Shown: positions 22,480 to 32,382 of the stretch, one piece after another
How the letters are laid out: each line of letters opens with the position of its first letter
Position numbering within the stretch: the first letter of the stretch is position 1
Source: Octopus bimaculoides
Taxonomy: Eukaryota
NCBI RefSeq assembly: GCF_001194135.2
Contig: NC_068987.1
Coordinates: 73,378,967-73,411,348, forward strand
Reading direction: 5' to 3'
DNA length: 32,382 nucleotides
Notes under the pieces: generated by a model
The model's input: the letters and a program-made list of their open reading frames with translations, nothing else
Database searches by the model: none
What the model was told of the DNA's origin: nothing
Program-made: the position numbers and the translations under genes

Positions 22480-23870
22480 CCGCATTCTCTTCTACCGCAT
22501 TCAAATGCTGCTCGTCCTACAGCCGCAGGATTTCATATGTCGTCAGCTCCTCTGAGTGTTCCTCGACCAGATCGTTAATGTCCCCACCATCAATCTCGAG
22601 GCCTATGGACTTGCCAAGAAACATCTCACACTCAACCTCTCGAAGCCTCTTTCGGATACACAGTCATGTCACAGTTTCCTTCATTCAGAATTCAACGTTT
22701 TCCTCCTTACATTCTGCCAGGCCATATCGATGATTTTAAGGCAGTTTACAATGTTGTAGTGTTCCTAAAGCTCACGAAGGGTTACGTTTGTATTTTCGGT
22801 GACTTCAAAGCACTGACGAAACAGGTGTTTGGTGTACAATTTCTTAAAATTAGAAATCACCTGTTGGTTCATGGACTGGAAGATAGGGGTGCTGTTGCGT
22901 GAAAGGTACATAACATTTATAAATTTAAATTCGTCCAGGATAACATCTTCGAGGTTGGGAGGGTGGGTAGGAACATTCTCTAGTTCGACTGTTCTCCAGA
23001 AAGTACTTTTTCACTGTTGGTCAGAAGACAAGGTTGACCAACTTGGTGAAGAATTGCCTGGTGACCCAGGCTTTAATATTTGTCCTCCACATGACCTGAA
23101 GTTTCTCCTTCAGGATGTTGTGCGACTTGAACGCTCGTGGGTTTTCGGAATGGTAAACAAGGAGCGGCTTAATCTTCAAGTCTCCACTCGCATTGGTACA
23201 TAGGGCGAAAGTTAGCCTATCTTTTCTTCTCTGCAGTTATGTAGGTTTTTCTAGACATATTTATCCAAAATAAAGGCCAGTTTCATCCCAGTTTAATACC
23301 TGTTGTGCGATTTACCCCTCGGCTGCGATGAGCTGACGGAATTCACGCACGAAATCTTCAGCTGCCTTAGTGTCAGAACTTGCTGCTTCTCCATAGCTGA
23401 CGATGCTATGAACACCAGTCCTCTTCTTGAAATTATGAAACCAGCCACGATTGGCTTTAAATGCGTCTGCTGATGTTCTAGAGTTCTGCTTCAGGAGATT
23501 CCCATACAGCACTCGTACTTTCTCGCAGATGATGGTCTCCGTAATCGCATCCTCTGCGAGTTGCTTCTCGTTGATCCACAGGAGAAGCAATTTTTCCATC
23601 CTTTCGTGAACAGATGTGCGTTGCTTAGGGAGCCTTTTTCTTCAGGATAGTGCAGACCGTCGATGTGCTTCGGTCGTATTGACGTGCTGTGTTTGCTACA
23701 TGCACTTCTCTCTAATGTTTATCAATGATTTCCTCCTTCAATTCTATCGTAATCAGCTTTTTCTTCTTCTCAGCACTGTCCTTTGCACTAACCTTCTTAG
23801 GATCCATGACTAACACAACTAATTATTATACAATAATAGCAAAATATGCATAAAACTAAACAAAATTTTA
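22480..23870 (-). mobile_element. Tigger/pogo-like transposon remnant (transposase ATG at 23807)
   Basis: MDPKKVSAKDSAEKKKKLITIELK, MEKLLLLWINEKQ..FKANRGWFHNFKKR (CENP-B-type HTH), NWDETGL (D1), HSENPRAFK, QPMNQQVISNFKKLY and DLVEEHSEELTT. Frameshifted; TIRs not seen. Confidence 0.88.
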
Positions 23871-24129
23871 CAGTCCCAGTGATGGATTGGATCTGTAGTT
23901 TTCGAATTAGGTTTCTTCTTTCTGGGTTTGAGAAGCCTAACTTCTCAAGATTGGTATTTAGGCAGGTTATTACATATCCCAGGGCCCCAATAATTACAGG
24001 TATAAACCTGGACTTGTAATCTGGATAGGGTAACTTCAGATTTTTCAACAGTTCAGCATACGTGTTCCCTTTTTCACTGATCTTCAGCTTTATGTTAACA
24101 TCCGCTGGGCAGCTAATTTCCACAACCAT
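23871..24129 (-). mobile_element. R2-superfamily (R4/Dong-like, second family) REL endonuclease fragment
   Basis: VVEISCPADVNIKLKISEKGNTY..FIPVIIGALG..LQIQSITGTVK. Confidence 0.75.
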
Positions 24130-24218
24130 CTATGTATGTATGTATGTATGTATGTATGTATGTATGTATGTATGTATGTATGTATGTATGCATGCATGTA
24201 TGTATGCATGCATGCATG

Positions 24219-24253
<35 letters not shown>
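24130..24253. repeat. (TATG)n(CATG)n(TATC)n tetranucleotide microsatellite
   Basis: Seen directly. Confidence 0.95.
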
Positions 24254-24787
24254 TTCCGCATTCAGAATTTATGTACACAACTGTATGCTCACAAATATCA
24301 TGATTTATGTAAATACCTGATATTGATTTGTGAAACCAGCAAGTGAAAACTAATTCTGTATTATTTAATAATTATATGTAAATAGTAACAACATAAGTTA
24401 CATGTGTGTGCCTGTATCTCTCTCCTATCTCCCTTCTCTCTTTCTCTCTCTCTCTCTGTCTATCTATATTCCTTGTTTGGTCTCAGTCGTTAGCCTACAA
24501 AATTAGAAGCTTTATCTAGACCCTGCCAGAGAGTAAATATTTATATTTTGCCTGCATGAATCAATGAGAAATGGGAAAATGCGCATTTAGAAAGCTCCGG
24601 CAATGCAAATATATCTATAAATAATACTTCCACATGTATCGGTTAAGCTACCAACTTCGTAGCTTGTCCAGTTGAAACTTCTAATTTCTATAATTAACAT
24701 TTGTTAGTTCGGCCTAATGTAGTGGTTATTGCTGTCGTCCGACACACGATAGTTATGTTGAGATAGTGGCTGGCGTTGCAGTCCATG

Positions 24788-25120
24788 CAAGAAACTCACA
24801 GACTTGGGATACGAGACTTTACCACATCCTCCATATACCCCTGATCTTTCACCCACTGACTACCATTTTTTAAAGCATTTAAGCACGTTTTTAAGTGATG
24901 AAACTTTCAGGTCCAAACTAGAGGTGAAATCAGCTTTCAAAGATTTCTTAGCATCAAAGCCAATAAGTTGTTATCAACGGGGCATAAATAATCTCGTTGA
25001 TCGATGACAGACATGCATAGATGTTCACGGCTCATACTTTGACTAATCAAAACATTTCTATTAATTTTTCCAAAATAAAGTTGTTTCTGAAATCGGCCAT
25101 TATTTTCGAAAGAACCTAAT
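24788..25120 (+). mobile_element. Mariner 3' fragment (Hsmar1/SETMAR-like C-terminus) with right TIR
   Basis: LGYETLPHPPYTPDLSPTDYHFLKHL..GSYFD*. The terminus reverse-complements to ATTAGGTTCTTTCGAAAATAATGGCCG. Confidence 0.85.
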
Positions 25121-25209
25121 TGTAGTAGTACAGCTTGGTTCTAATCTGATGCGGTGCCACTCCGGCGTTTTCAAACATGTGTGAATTTATACAAAAATTG
25201 TATATTTTA

Positions 25210-25528
25210 TGACTCAGCGGTTAGAAGTAGTGAGTTCGATTCCCGGACCGAGTTGTGTGTTATGTTCTTGAGCGAGACACTTTTTTTAACATTGCTCCAT
25301 TTTGCTCAGCTACGTCACTGGTATCAAGCTGTTGCCTTGCTGTATCAGCCTTTGCCTTTCCCTTGGATAACATCGGTGTCGTGGAGAGGGGTGTCTGGTA
25401 TACATAGGTGACTGCTGGTCTTCCATAAACAGCCTTGTTCAAACTTGTGCTTCGGAAGGTAAGTTTCTCGGTGCAATCCCATGGTCATTCATGACCGAAA
25501 GAGGTCTTTACCCTTTTACCCTTTACCC
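25210..25528 (+). mobile_element. tRNA-SINE, family C head, tail type 1
   Basis: TGACTCAGCGG A-box-like, GAGTTCGATTCC B-box, TTCTTGAGCGAGACAC CORE-like segment; ends in (TTTACCC)-type repeats. Confidence 0.78.
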
Positions 25529-25552
25529 ACATTTAATCATTTATGTGTAGCA

Positions 25553-25870
25553 CTCCGTCGTTTGTGGCGACGTGAGTTCCAGTTGATCCGATCAACGGAA
25601 CAGCCTGCTCGTGAAATTAACGTTCAAGTGGCTGAGCACTCCACAGACACGCGTATCCTTTACGTTGTTCTTAGGGAGATTTTGCATGACACAGAATGTG
25701 ACAAGGCTGGTCCTTTGACATACAAGTACAACTCACCTTCGCAAGCTGAGTGGATTGGAGCAACGAGCAATAAAGTGTCTTGCTCAAGGACACAACATGC
25801 TGTCAGGTATCGAACTCACGGCTTTCAAATCGTGAGCCGAAAACCTTAACCATTAAGCCACGCGTGTTTC
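25553..25870 (-). mobile_element. tRNA-SINE, family C head, tail type 2
   Basis: The reverse strand reads TGGCTTAATGG..GAGTTCGATACC..GTCCTTGAGCAAGACAC. The 3' body differs from the adjacent copy. Confidence 0.8.
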
Positions 25871-26112
25871 GAAATGGAACGGTACTGGAACAATTGAATA
25901 ATAAACTTGTGCTACATTAATTTTTCATCTTCTCCTTTGATGAGCGCGCACATACACGCACACACATACAAACACACACAGATAAACAGATAATGCGTGT
26001 ACACATAAACAAGCAAACATGCATGCATTCACGCACACAACACACACACACACACACTAACCACTGGGCCATTGCGCCTCCACATGTGTATGTATATATA
26101 GTAGAATAATAA

Positions 26113-26158
<46 letters not shown>

Positions 26159-26440
26159 TAGAATAATAAAAAGGAAGTTCTTGGTACGGTATTATATATA
26201 TTTGAAAAAATGAGTAGAGATGGGGTTTTTTTTGGCGAGAGGGGGGAAATAATTTTTATTTTAATCTTAATAATAATGTTTACAGTTAGTTACTCTGATG
26301 TGAGTTTCGAGCTTCAAGTAGCCGTTTTCAAACTGAAAAATCTATGTTTTACTGGTTGCTTAAATAGTAAAAATTATTTTCTTACAAGTATACATACAAA
26401 AAATATATAGACAAAAAGGGGAGAAAAATATTAAAAATAT

Positions 26441-26587
26441 GTGTGGTAAGTAACTTGCTTACCAGCCACAGGGTTCCGGGTGCAGTCCCACTGTGTGACA
26501 GCTTGGGCAAGTGTCTTCTACTATAGCCTCGGGCCGACCAAAGTCCTGTGAGTGAATTTGGTAGACGGAAATTGAAAGAAGCCCATC
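26441..26587 (+). mobile_element. tRNA-SINE, family A, 5' half
   Basis: Colinear with 8724-8871 and ends at the internal TA tract. Confidence 0.87.
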
Positions 26588-26955
26588 TATATATATGTTT
26601 ATATATGTATATATAAAGGAGACCACTAAGTGGACTGTTAATGTGCTAGAAGAAGATCACATGTAATGTGTCTACTAAGACCGAATTGAGGTTTATATAA
26701 ATATAGATATAATCAAGACAGTGGAATGAGTACTATTGAAGGATATACATAAGAAAATAACAATTATAGCATTAAGGATATTTAAAAGCAAATTTGAAGC
26801 AATACATAACATTTAAATAAAAAATTGTGCATCATTTAAAAGCTAAAAAGACATCTGAATTATTCTGCATGATTTGATTTCAAGTTAAAATTTCGCAGAA
26901 GCTCCGGTATGCATTTTAAGTGATATTATTGGGGTTATAGGAGTTTATGGAACTT

Positions 26956-27615
26956 TTAGTTCCAGAACTGCTTACCCAGTTGATCAAGCCACAATTTGCA
27001 TATCTGTTGCATCAAGTCACTACTGTATCCTCTCTGTCCAAAGCCATCTAAAGTTTCGGTCGCAGAACGTTTGGTCTCTTCTTTGTTTCGTCTACTCAGA
27101 AATTTGCAATGTGATTGACCAACAAACTCTCAGCAGCTTTCTTCAATTGGCTCATGGTGAGTTTGCTATCTTTAGTTTGCACACTCCTGGTATTTAGCAA
27201 GTTTTCTCTCATAAGCTCCTTTATTGTACATAGCCAGCCAATTTCCACACAATTACCTACTTTCTGTAACCTTAGAAGGTGACTACATTTGAGCGGAATG
27301 TCGTTGGTATGAATGTTCTGAGAACTTGAGCTGCTTAATACGATCCACTTTAGCTGTTTCACACCATGGGGATTCTTGTCCCCTACATCAACGACAAAGT
27401 ACTGACAATAATTGTCATTTCTTGCAACCAATATACAGCGTCGCTATTAGCTCATATCTATAGAATCTTGTGCTACTCACTCATTTTCTTAGCTGTTGAC
27501 AATTTGGTCTGCTGAACTATCCTCCATGGAGTTGGGAGTGGTGTGCAAGCACGTCGAGGTACTCGATGCTGTGAAGTGAGTTCTGCCAATACTCTTACGT
27601 TTCACCAGGATGTAA
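26956..27615 (-). mobile_element. Second HERO-like REL endonuclease fragment, highly degenerate
   Basis: A stop-containing frame, not the listed ORF 27096-27431, reads IKQLKFSEH, GAYERKLAKYQE and HEPIEESC*EFVGQSHCKFL. Confidence 0.62.
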
Positions 27616-27640
27616 TATTGTGTGTGTATATGATATATAT

Positions 27641-27644
<4 letters not shown>

Positions 27645-27712
<68 letters not shown>
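27645..27712. repeat. (AG)n microsatellite
   Basis: Seen directly. Confidence 0.96.
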
Positions 27713-27716
<4 letters not shown>

Positions 27717-27778
27717 TGAAGATAATGAAGCAAATAAACAAATAAAATAGCTTGGGATAGACATACAAAATACACATA

Positions 27779-28995
27779 CTAGGTCTTGCAGATTTTTACG
27801 ATGCATAAAACTGGTTATAAATACTAAAATAATGGTAGTAGAGATACAATTTTAATGTAACATTTATGACAACAAAAACATTTATCACTCAATATGGCCG
27901 CCTTGTTGGGCAATTACTGCCTCCACACGAGAACGAAATTTTTTGCAGCTGCCGCAACCTACACTTCTTTGATTGTGCGTGTTGCACGCACGATACAGGT
28001 CTTCAAACTGTCGACACTCGAGTGTGGGAAAGCATTGGTCCTTGCTTGAAGTACGCCCCATAAAAAAGTAATCGAGACGGTTGAGATCTGGGTTATTACT
28101 GGGCCAGATGTTGGCCCTCTCAAAAAATGGCATCTTCTTACCAAGGAAGACTTGTGTTGCGTTTTGACCCATGGCATGGTGCAGAATTCTGGATAAGCAC
28201 CACATTATCAAGCCCAAACTTCTGCTCCATTCAAAGTAAACGAGAGTTCTTCAGGATATCCAGATACTCCTTTCTACCGATCTTCAAGCCAGAATCAATG
28301 AAGTTTGGATCCATGACACTTCCATCACTCACTACGGCTCCAAATACCATCACAGAAGCAGGATTCTTAGTTTCAAACAGAGGTAAGATGTCAGAAGGGT
28401 TGTATGACCTCAGTCGAAAATTTCTGCGATTCACCTCAGCATCCACAGTAAACTTCTTTTCGTCCACAAACACAAGAGTTTTTCCCGAACCTTGATGCTT
28501 GATGAATGACAAAATCATTGGACATCTCTCGGCTCTTATTGATTTGGCCTTGGTTGTAAGGAGGTGACGGCTAGTCATACCAAGGTTCCTGTTAACAGCT
28601 CTGGACAGTGTGGAAAGGGACACATTGCGAGAGTTGTCATGGATGTGGATGGGTTGGCTTCAATCGAGCATTTAAGGTCAGCGAGAAACTTTAGATTGAG
28701 CTTGGAATCACTTCGAGTCTTGTGTTCTTTTCTATCAATCTTTTCCTCGTCTTTAAATTGTTTATGCACATGATAAACTGTTGCTTTTGGAAGTTTCGTC
28801 AACTTAGCAATTTTATTGGCAGTGTGTGGAACGATTCTGTTGTTCCATGACTTTCTATTGTCGAATCAGTTCGCTATTTACCTGAAAAATAAAGAGGAGG
28901 ATTAGATTTTCAAGCAAGGTTTTATCAAAAACTGAAATGTTAAACCCACCAAGTCAACTGCTTAAAATTGGTCTCAAGTCATCTGGAAAACCTTG
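27779..28995 (-). mobile_element. maT-like (DD37D) Tc1/mariner-superfamily transposon
   Basis: The ends TA-CTAGGTCTTGCAGAT (27777) and TA-CAAGGTTTTCCAGAT (reverse, 28997) match at 14 of 17 bases. TA flanks both ends. Confidence 0.85.
27885..28848 (-). pseudogene. Inactivated DD37D transposase
   Basis: VFVDEKKFTV (D1), KNPASVMVFGAV, QNSAPCH (D2 mutated to N) and WPSNNPDLNRLDY (D3). The spacing is 37 residues after removing one frameshifting base. Confidence 0.85.
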
Positions 28996-29623
28996 TACAT
29001 ATATGAATGTAAATAGAGAGAAAACAAAGGCTGAAAAAAATATTCTCCCCTTAATTCTCTGTCTTTGTACTCTGTGTACATTTGCTCTGTTTATATATGA
29101 ATATCTATATATTTATACGTGAATATTCATTTTCAGTCTTTATTTTCCCTCTGTTTATATGTATATATGTATGTATATTTTATATATCTAGCCCAAGCGG
29201 CTTTATTTTTCTTGTCTTTGCTTCGTTATCTTCCATATCTGTTCACCTGGATTCCTCTTATAACCACTCTGTACCTCTGCAGACTTAGTCCTTGATTAAG
29301 ATTTCAGAGTGTAAGTTAAAATCATTTGAGCTCTACTAAGTATTTTCTATGTTGAGCATCTCTGGAACTCATCTACTGACTCTCTCACGCACACACACAC
29401 ACGCACGCACACACCTTCATGTACATTCAGATATCTAGATTCATACACACAAACACACACCCAAAGAAATCGCTTAAAAAACAAGAAAAATCGATTGGAG
29501 AGCCTATCAGATGAAAATCAATTTTATATTATTCAAAATTATGTGACAGCGTAATTAATACTCCGAATAGACAAATACAAGAATGGATTTGAAAGCAGCA
29601 GTAACACCTAATTGAAGTGGTGT

Positions 29624-29686
29624 TGACCTTTTGAACTTTATCCTTGTTGACCCACTGACCTTTCATTCCTACTGACCTGTTGAACT
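29624..29686 (-). promoter_or_regulatory. Three tandem nuclear-receptor DR2-type motifs (candidate enhancer)
   Basis: Plus strand: TGACCT-tt-TGAACT (29624-29637), TGACCC-ac-TGACCT (29648-29661) and TGACCT-gt-TGAACT (29673-29686). Function is inferred only. Confidence 0.45.
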
Positions 29687-30149
29687 TTTCTCTCTCTCTC
29701 CAAGTATCTAACTGCCAGGCGTTGGCTCCAGACAAATGTTTTTCTCGCACTAACCTTTGTCTAAATAAACACATCCTGTAAAGATGTGTTTGAAAGGTAC
29801 AGGGGTGTGTTGATGTGCTGTGAGGGGTTGTGATGCAGTACCCTTCAGTGGGGAAGCGAAAAGGCAAAAAAAAAAAACCCAACAAAAAACAAAAAAAACA
29901 AGTAAACAATCAACCGAACAAAAGCTTACCCTATCTGATACGGAAACTGATTAGAGAGATGTAAATATATGTGTATGGGCGTGAGGGGAATGGCTAATGT
30001 TAGGATCATTTTGTCCAGTGTGAGACCTAGAGTGGTTGTTACTGTTGTTTATTCCCTGCTCAATTCTGATTTGGTAGATCAATAATCATATTCTAGTTGT
30101 GATCATTCTGACTATTATTCAGAAAGTATATCCAGGATTCCACCACAAG

Positions 30150-30315
30150 GTCCAGTCCTTGATGCAATGTGGTGGCTTATGTACCCCAATGATTATAGCT
30201 GACATAACTCTCATAATTATGAGAGCTATGTCACTGGAGAGCATACTCCTGGTGAAGCTCCTCATGCTGGACAGGTCAAAGGATAGAGACTTGATAATAT
30301 GGACCACCAGTTCCC
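30150..30315 (+). mobile_element. RTE-type LINE 5' UTR-like fragment
   Basis: CCCCAATGA..GAGAGCTATG..CTCCTGGT..CTCATGCTGGACAGGTC resembles RTE/Expander 5' heads as I recall them. Confidence 0.45.
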
Positions 30316-30480
30316 AGAGGTAAAAATAAACTTTTTAAGGTTATCTCTACAAGTGAATTAAAGCGCACTGCTAACACAGTTGAACACGGTATTGGCTTAT
30401 AAAAACGTTTAATATACTTTATAGTATATTATGGTTGCATAACGAAATACGGCGTCCTTACAAGTCATTTATAGAAATAA

Positions 30481-30720
30481 GCTTGCGTAGGGCCAATGCT
30501 TCTACCTAGAGAAAAGCAAAGTTGCAGAAGCCTCGATGACAAATCTAAACCAAGTTTTAAGAGAGGAAGACCTTCCTTCCAAGAAACATATGTAGGCTAT
30601 TCAAGCAGAGCTGAAAAACAGGGATCCAACTAGAGAGAAATAACAAAGATACTCCAGAGTAAAGAATAGTGGAGAAAAGTCGTTGATGGCCTATGACCCA
30701 TAGAGAGCGAAGGGCTTAAG
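30481..30720 (+). mobile_element. RTE LINE 3' end fragment
   Basis: Broken frames give KRGRP, IQAELKNRD and WRKVVDGL*PIESEGLK, typical of an RTE C-terminus. Confidence 0.7.
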
Positions 30721-31387
30721 AAAATATATCCAGGATTGCATTACAGAATGTCTCATTACTCCTTTTAAAGATCCCAGGGTGTTATTTGAAGGATATTTAA
30801 CGGCTATTTTTAGAAGGTTGAACCATTCCTTCATTTTGAGCTATTTTAGAAGATTGAGCTTTTCTTTTTATGGTTTCTGGTGATGCTTGTTGAAGCAATA
30901 GACAACCAAACATATCGATAAACTGATACAGTGAGAGACAGATACATTCTTAGATAAATATAGCTGGCAAGTTATGTCTAGATGTCTATCGCAACCGCAG
31001 ATGATTGATACCAACATATACCATGAATTCGCTAATGGTTTTAGGTATACATGTCGTCGGAAGACAAAAACACCCTCTCGTTTTACTACGGTTCAGTCAC
31101 AAGATTATCTGTCATGTGATAGCAAGGAGAGAATGGATCTAGAATTTAATTTATTAACTCTACCCAACAAAAAAGATGAAGGGCATACTTTTGGATCACC
31201 TCAAACATGGGGCCATTAACATAACATATTTGCTTACAACTCTAATTTTTCACTGATCCAATCTTGATCATTCAGTTGAAGAAATGATAAACATATAACC
31301 CAATCAGAGACCTGGTTGGACTACTGGAAATTCCCGCGGTCATTACGTCTCTGACTCTATAGAGTGTCTGTATGAACAATAAACTTT

Positions 31388-31432
31388 TATGTATGTATGT
31401 TATGTATGTATGTATGTATGTATGCATGTATG
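31388..31432. repeat. (TATG)n microsatellite
   Basis: Seen directly. Confidence 0.93.
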
Positions 31433-31891
31433 TGTCAGGTCACTCTTACTGCTACTGGTAGCATGTAACCCAGTACGACCTGTCGCATAGACTGGTTGTC
31501 GGCAACAAAACCGGAAACTATACCAAGCCTGCATTGTAAGGTGAGTGGTTTTCGTTGGACACACAGCGGATGAAAAACAAAACCTATAAAAAAACAGCAC
31601 TCAGAATGAATGGCCATCCAAAAGCTGGGAGTGAGAGACCCTAATTTTTGTGTAGATCTTTCTAGGAGAAGGAAATTCCGAAATAACACCCGCCCCATTG
31701 TGAAGTCGGACATCTTGTTCTTGTTGCTAGACAACTTGGCTTTGTAGGTGAGAGTCTTAACTATGTTGTGCAAGGTGTCATTGACTTCAAATTTTAGCAC
31801 GAGATTTGATGAAAGCCTTTGTCTTTACCATCTTAGATAAGCTAATTTGATAGTGATGGTCATATTCGTCTACGAGTTGACAGCCACCTCG

Positions 31892-31990
31892 TATGTATGT
31901 ATGTATGTATGTATGTATGTATGTATGTATGTATGTATGTATGTGTGTGTGTGTGTATGTATGTATGTGTTTGTTTGTGTGTGTATGTGT
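31892..31990. repeat. (TATG)n(TG)n microsatellite
   Basis: Seen directly. Confidence 0.93.
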
Positions 31991-32297
31991 TTATATATAA
32001 GGGATTGGTTGTAGTGCTTAGTCAAAACAAAGATCCTTCAGCTATATGAATATGATGAGATAATATAGTTTAATGACAACAATTCTATCAAACGATGGTT
32101 ATGACTTGAAGTCACATGTAAAACTGATGACATATATTCATTGCATGGCACGTTTATGGATTTAAGTCGAACACGGTTTAATATATATACAGTAATACCT
32201 CACTTCACGAGGTCTTTACGAGTTTTATTTTCTGTGAACGAGTTTTCGCTTTACAAGCGTTCTTCGGGAACGGATTAACTTGTATATCGAGGCATTA

Positions 32298-32298
32298 T

Positions 32299-32369
<71 letters not shown>

Positions 32370-32382
32370 ATATATATATATA
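32298..32382. repeat. (TG)n(TA)n microsatellite
   Basis: Seen directly, up to the window end. Confidence 0.95.

Noticed and set aside
29529-29909. 126-aa minus-strand ORF overlapping the DR2 cluster
   Set aside because: It starts in a poly-T tract with an alternative start codon and has no domain signal or splice support.
30130-30200. Possible HDV-like ribozyme in the RTE-like head (CCACCACA/TGTGGTGG helix, CAATGA)
   Set aside because: Some RTE 5' UTRs do carry HDV-like ribozymes, but I could not fold a canonical nested double pseudoknot with a proper G1 here.
31326-31335. Perfect NF-kB site GGAAATTCCC
   Set aside because: A single 10-mer without clustering or context is compatible with chance.

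Overview
This is eukaryotic, AT-rich, repeat-saturated DNA with six N-gaps (2398-3122, 5912-6031, 7588-8299, 9868-10129, 13227-13305, 19081-19809). The tRNA-SINE families and dense compound microsatellites look like an Octopus (coleoid cephalopod) short-read scaffold; this is inference from recalled repeat sequences, not a search. I found no convincing host exon, RNA gene or CRISPR array, so the window is probably intergenic or deep intronic. It holds decayed mobile elements from many groups. Non-LTR elements: four R4/Dong-like pieces, two HERO-like pieces, RTE fragments, and a Penelope-like element with a downstream hammerhead core. LTR element: one doubly deleted Ty3/gypsy copy. DNA transposons: a DD37E (TRT-like) Tc1 with IR/DR ends, a DD37D (maT-like) element, two mariners, a Tigger/pogo element, a hAT end, and two fold-back MITEs with GGAT..ATCC-type termini and 8-bp TSDs. 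There are also seven SINE copies or fragments. All TE ORFs carry stops, frameshifts, deletions or truncations. The most interesting signals not explained by TE calls are three evenly spaced nuclear-receptor DR2 motifs in non-repetitive DNA (29624-29686) and a higher-order 21-nt minisatellite of alternating STAT-like and NF-kB-like palindromes (21730-22272). I cannot claim a demonstrated new biological system; these are testable leads.
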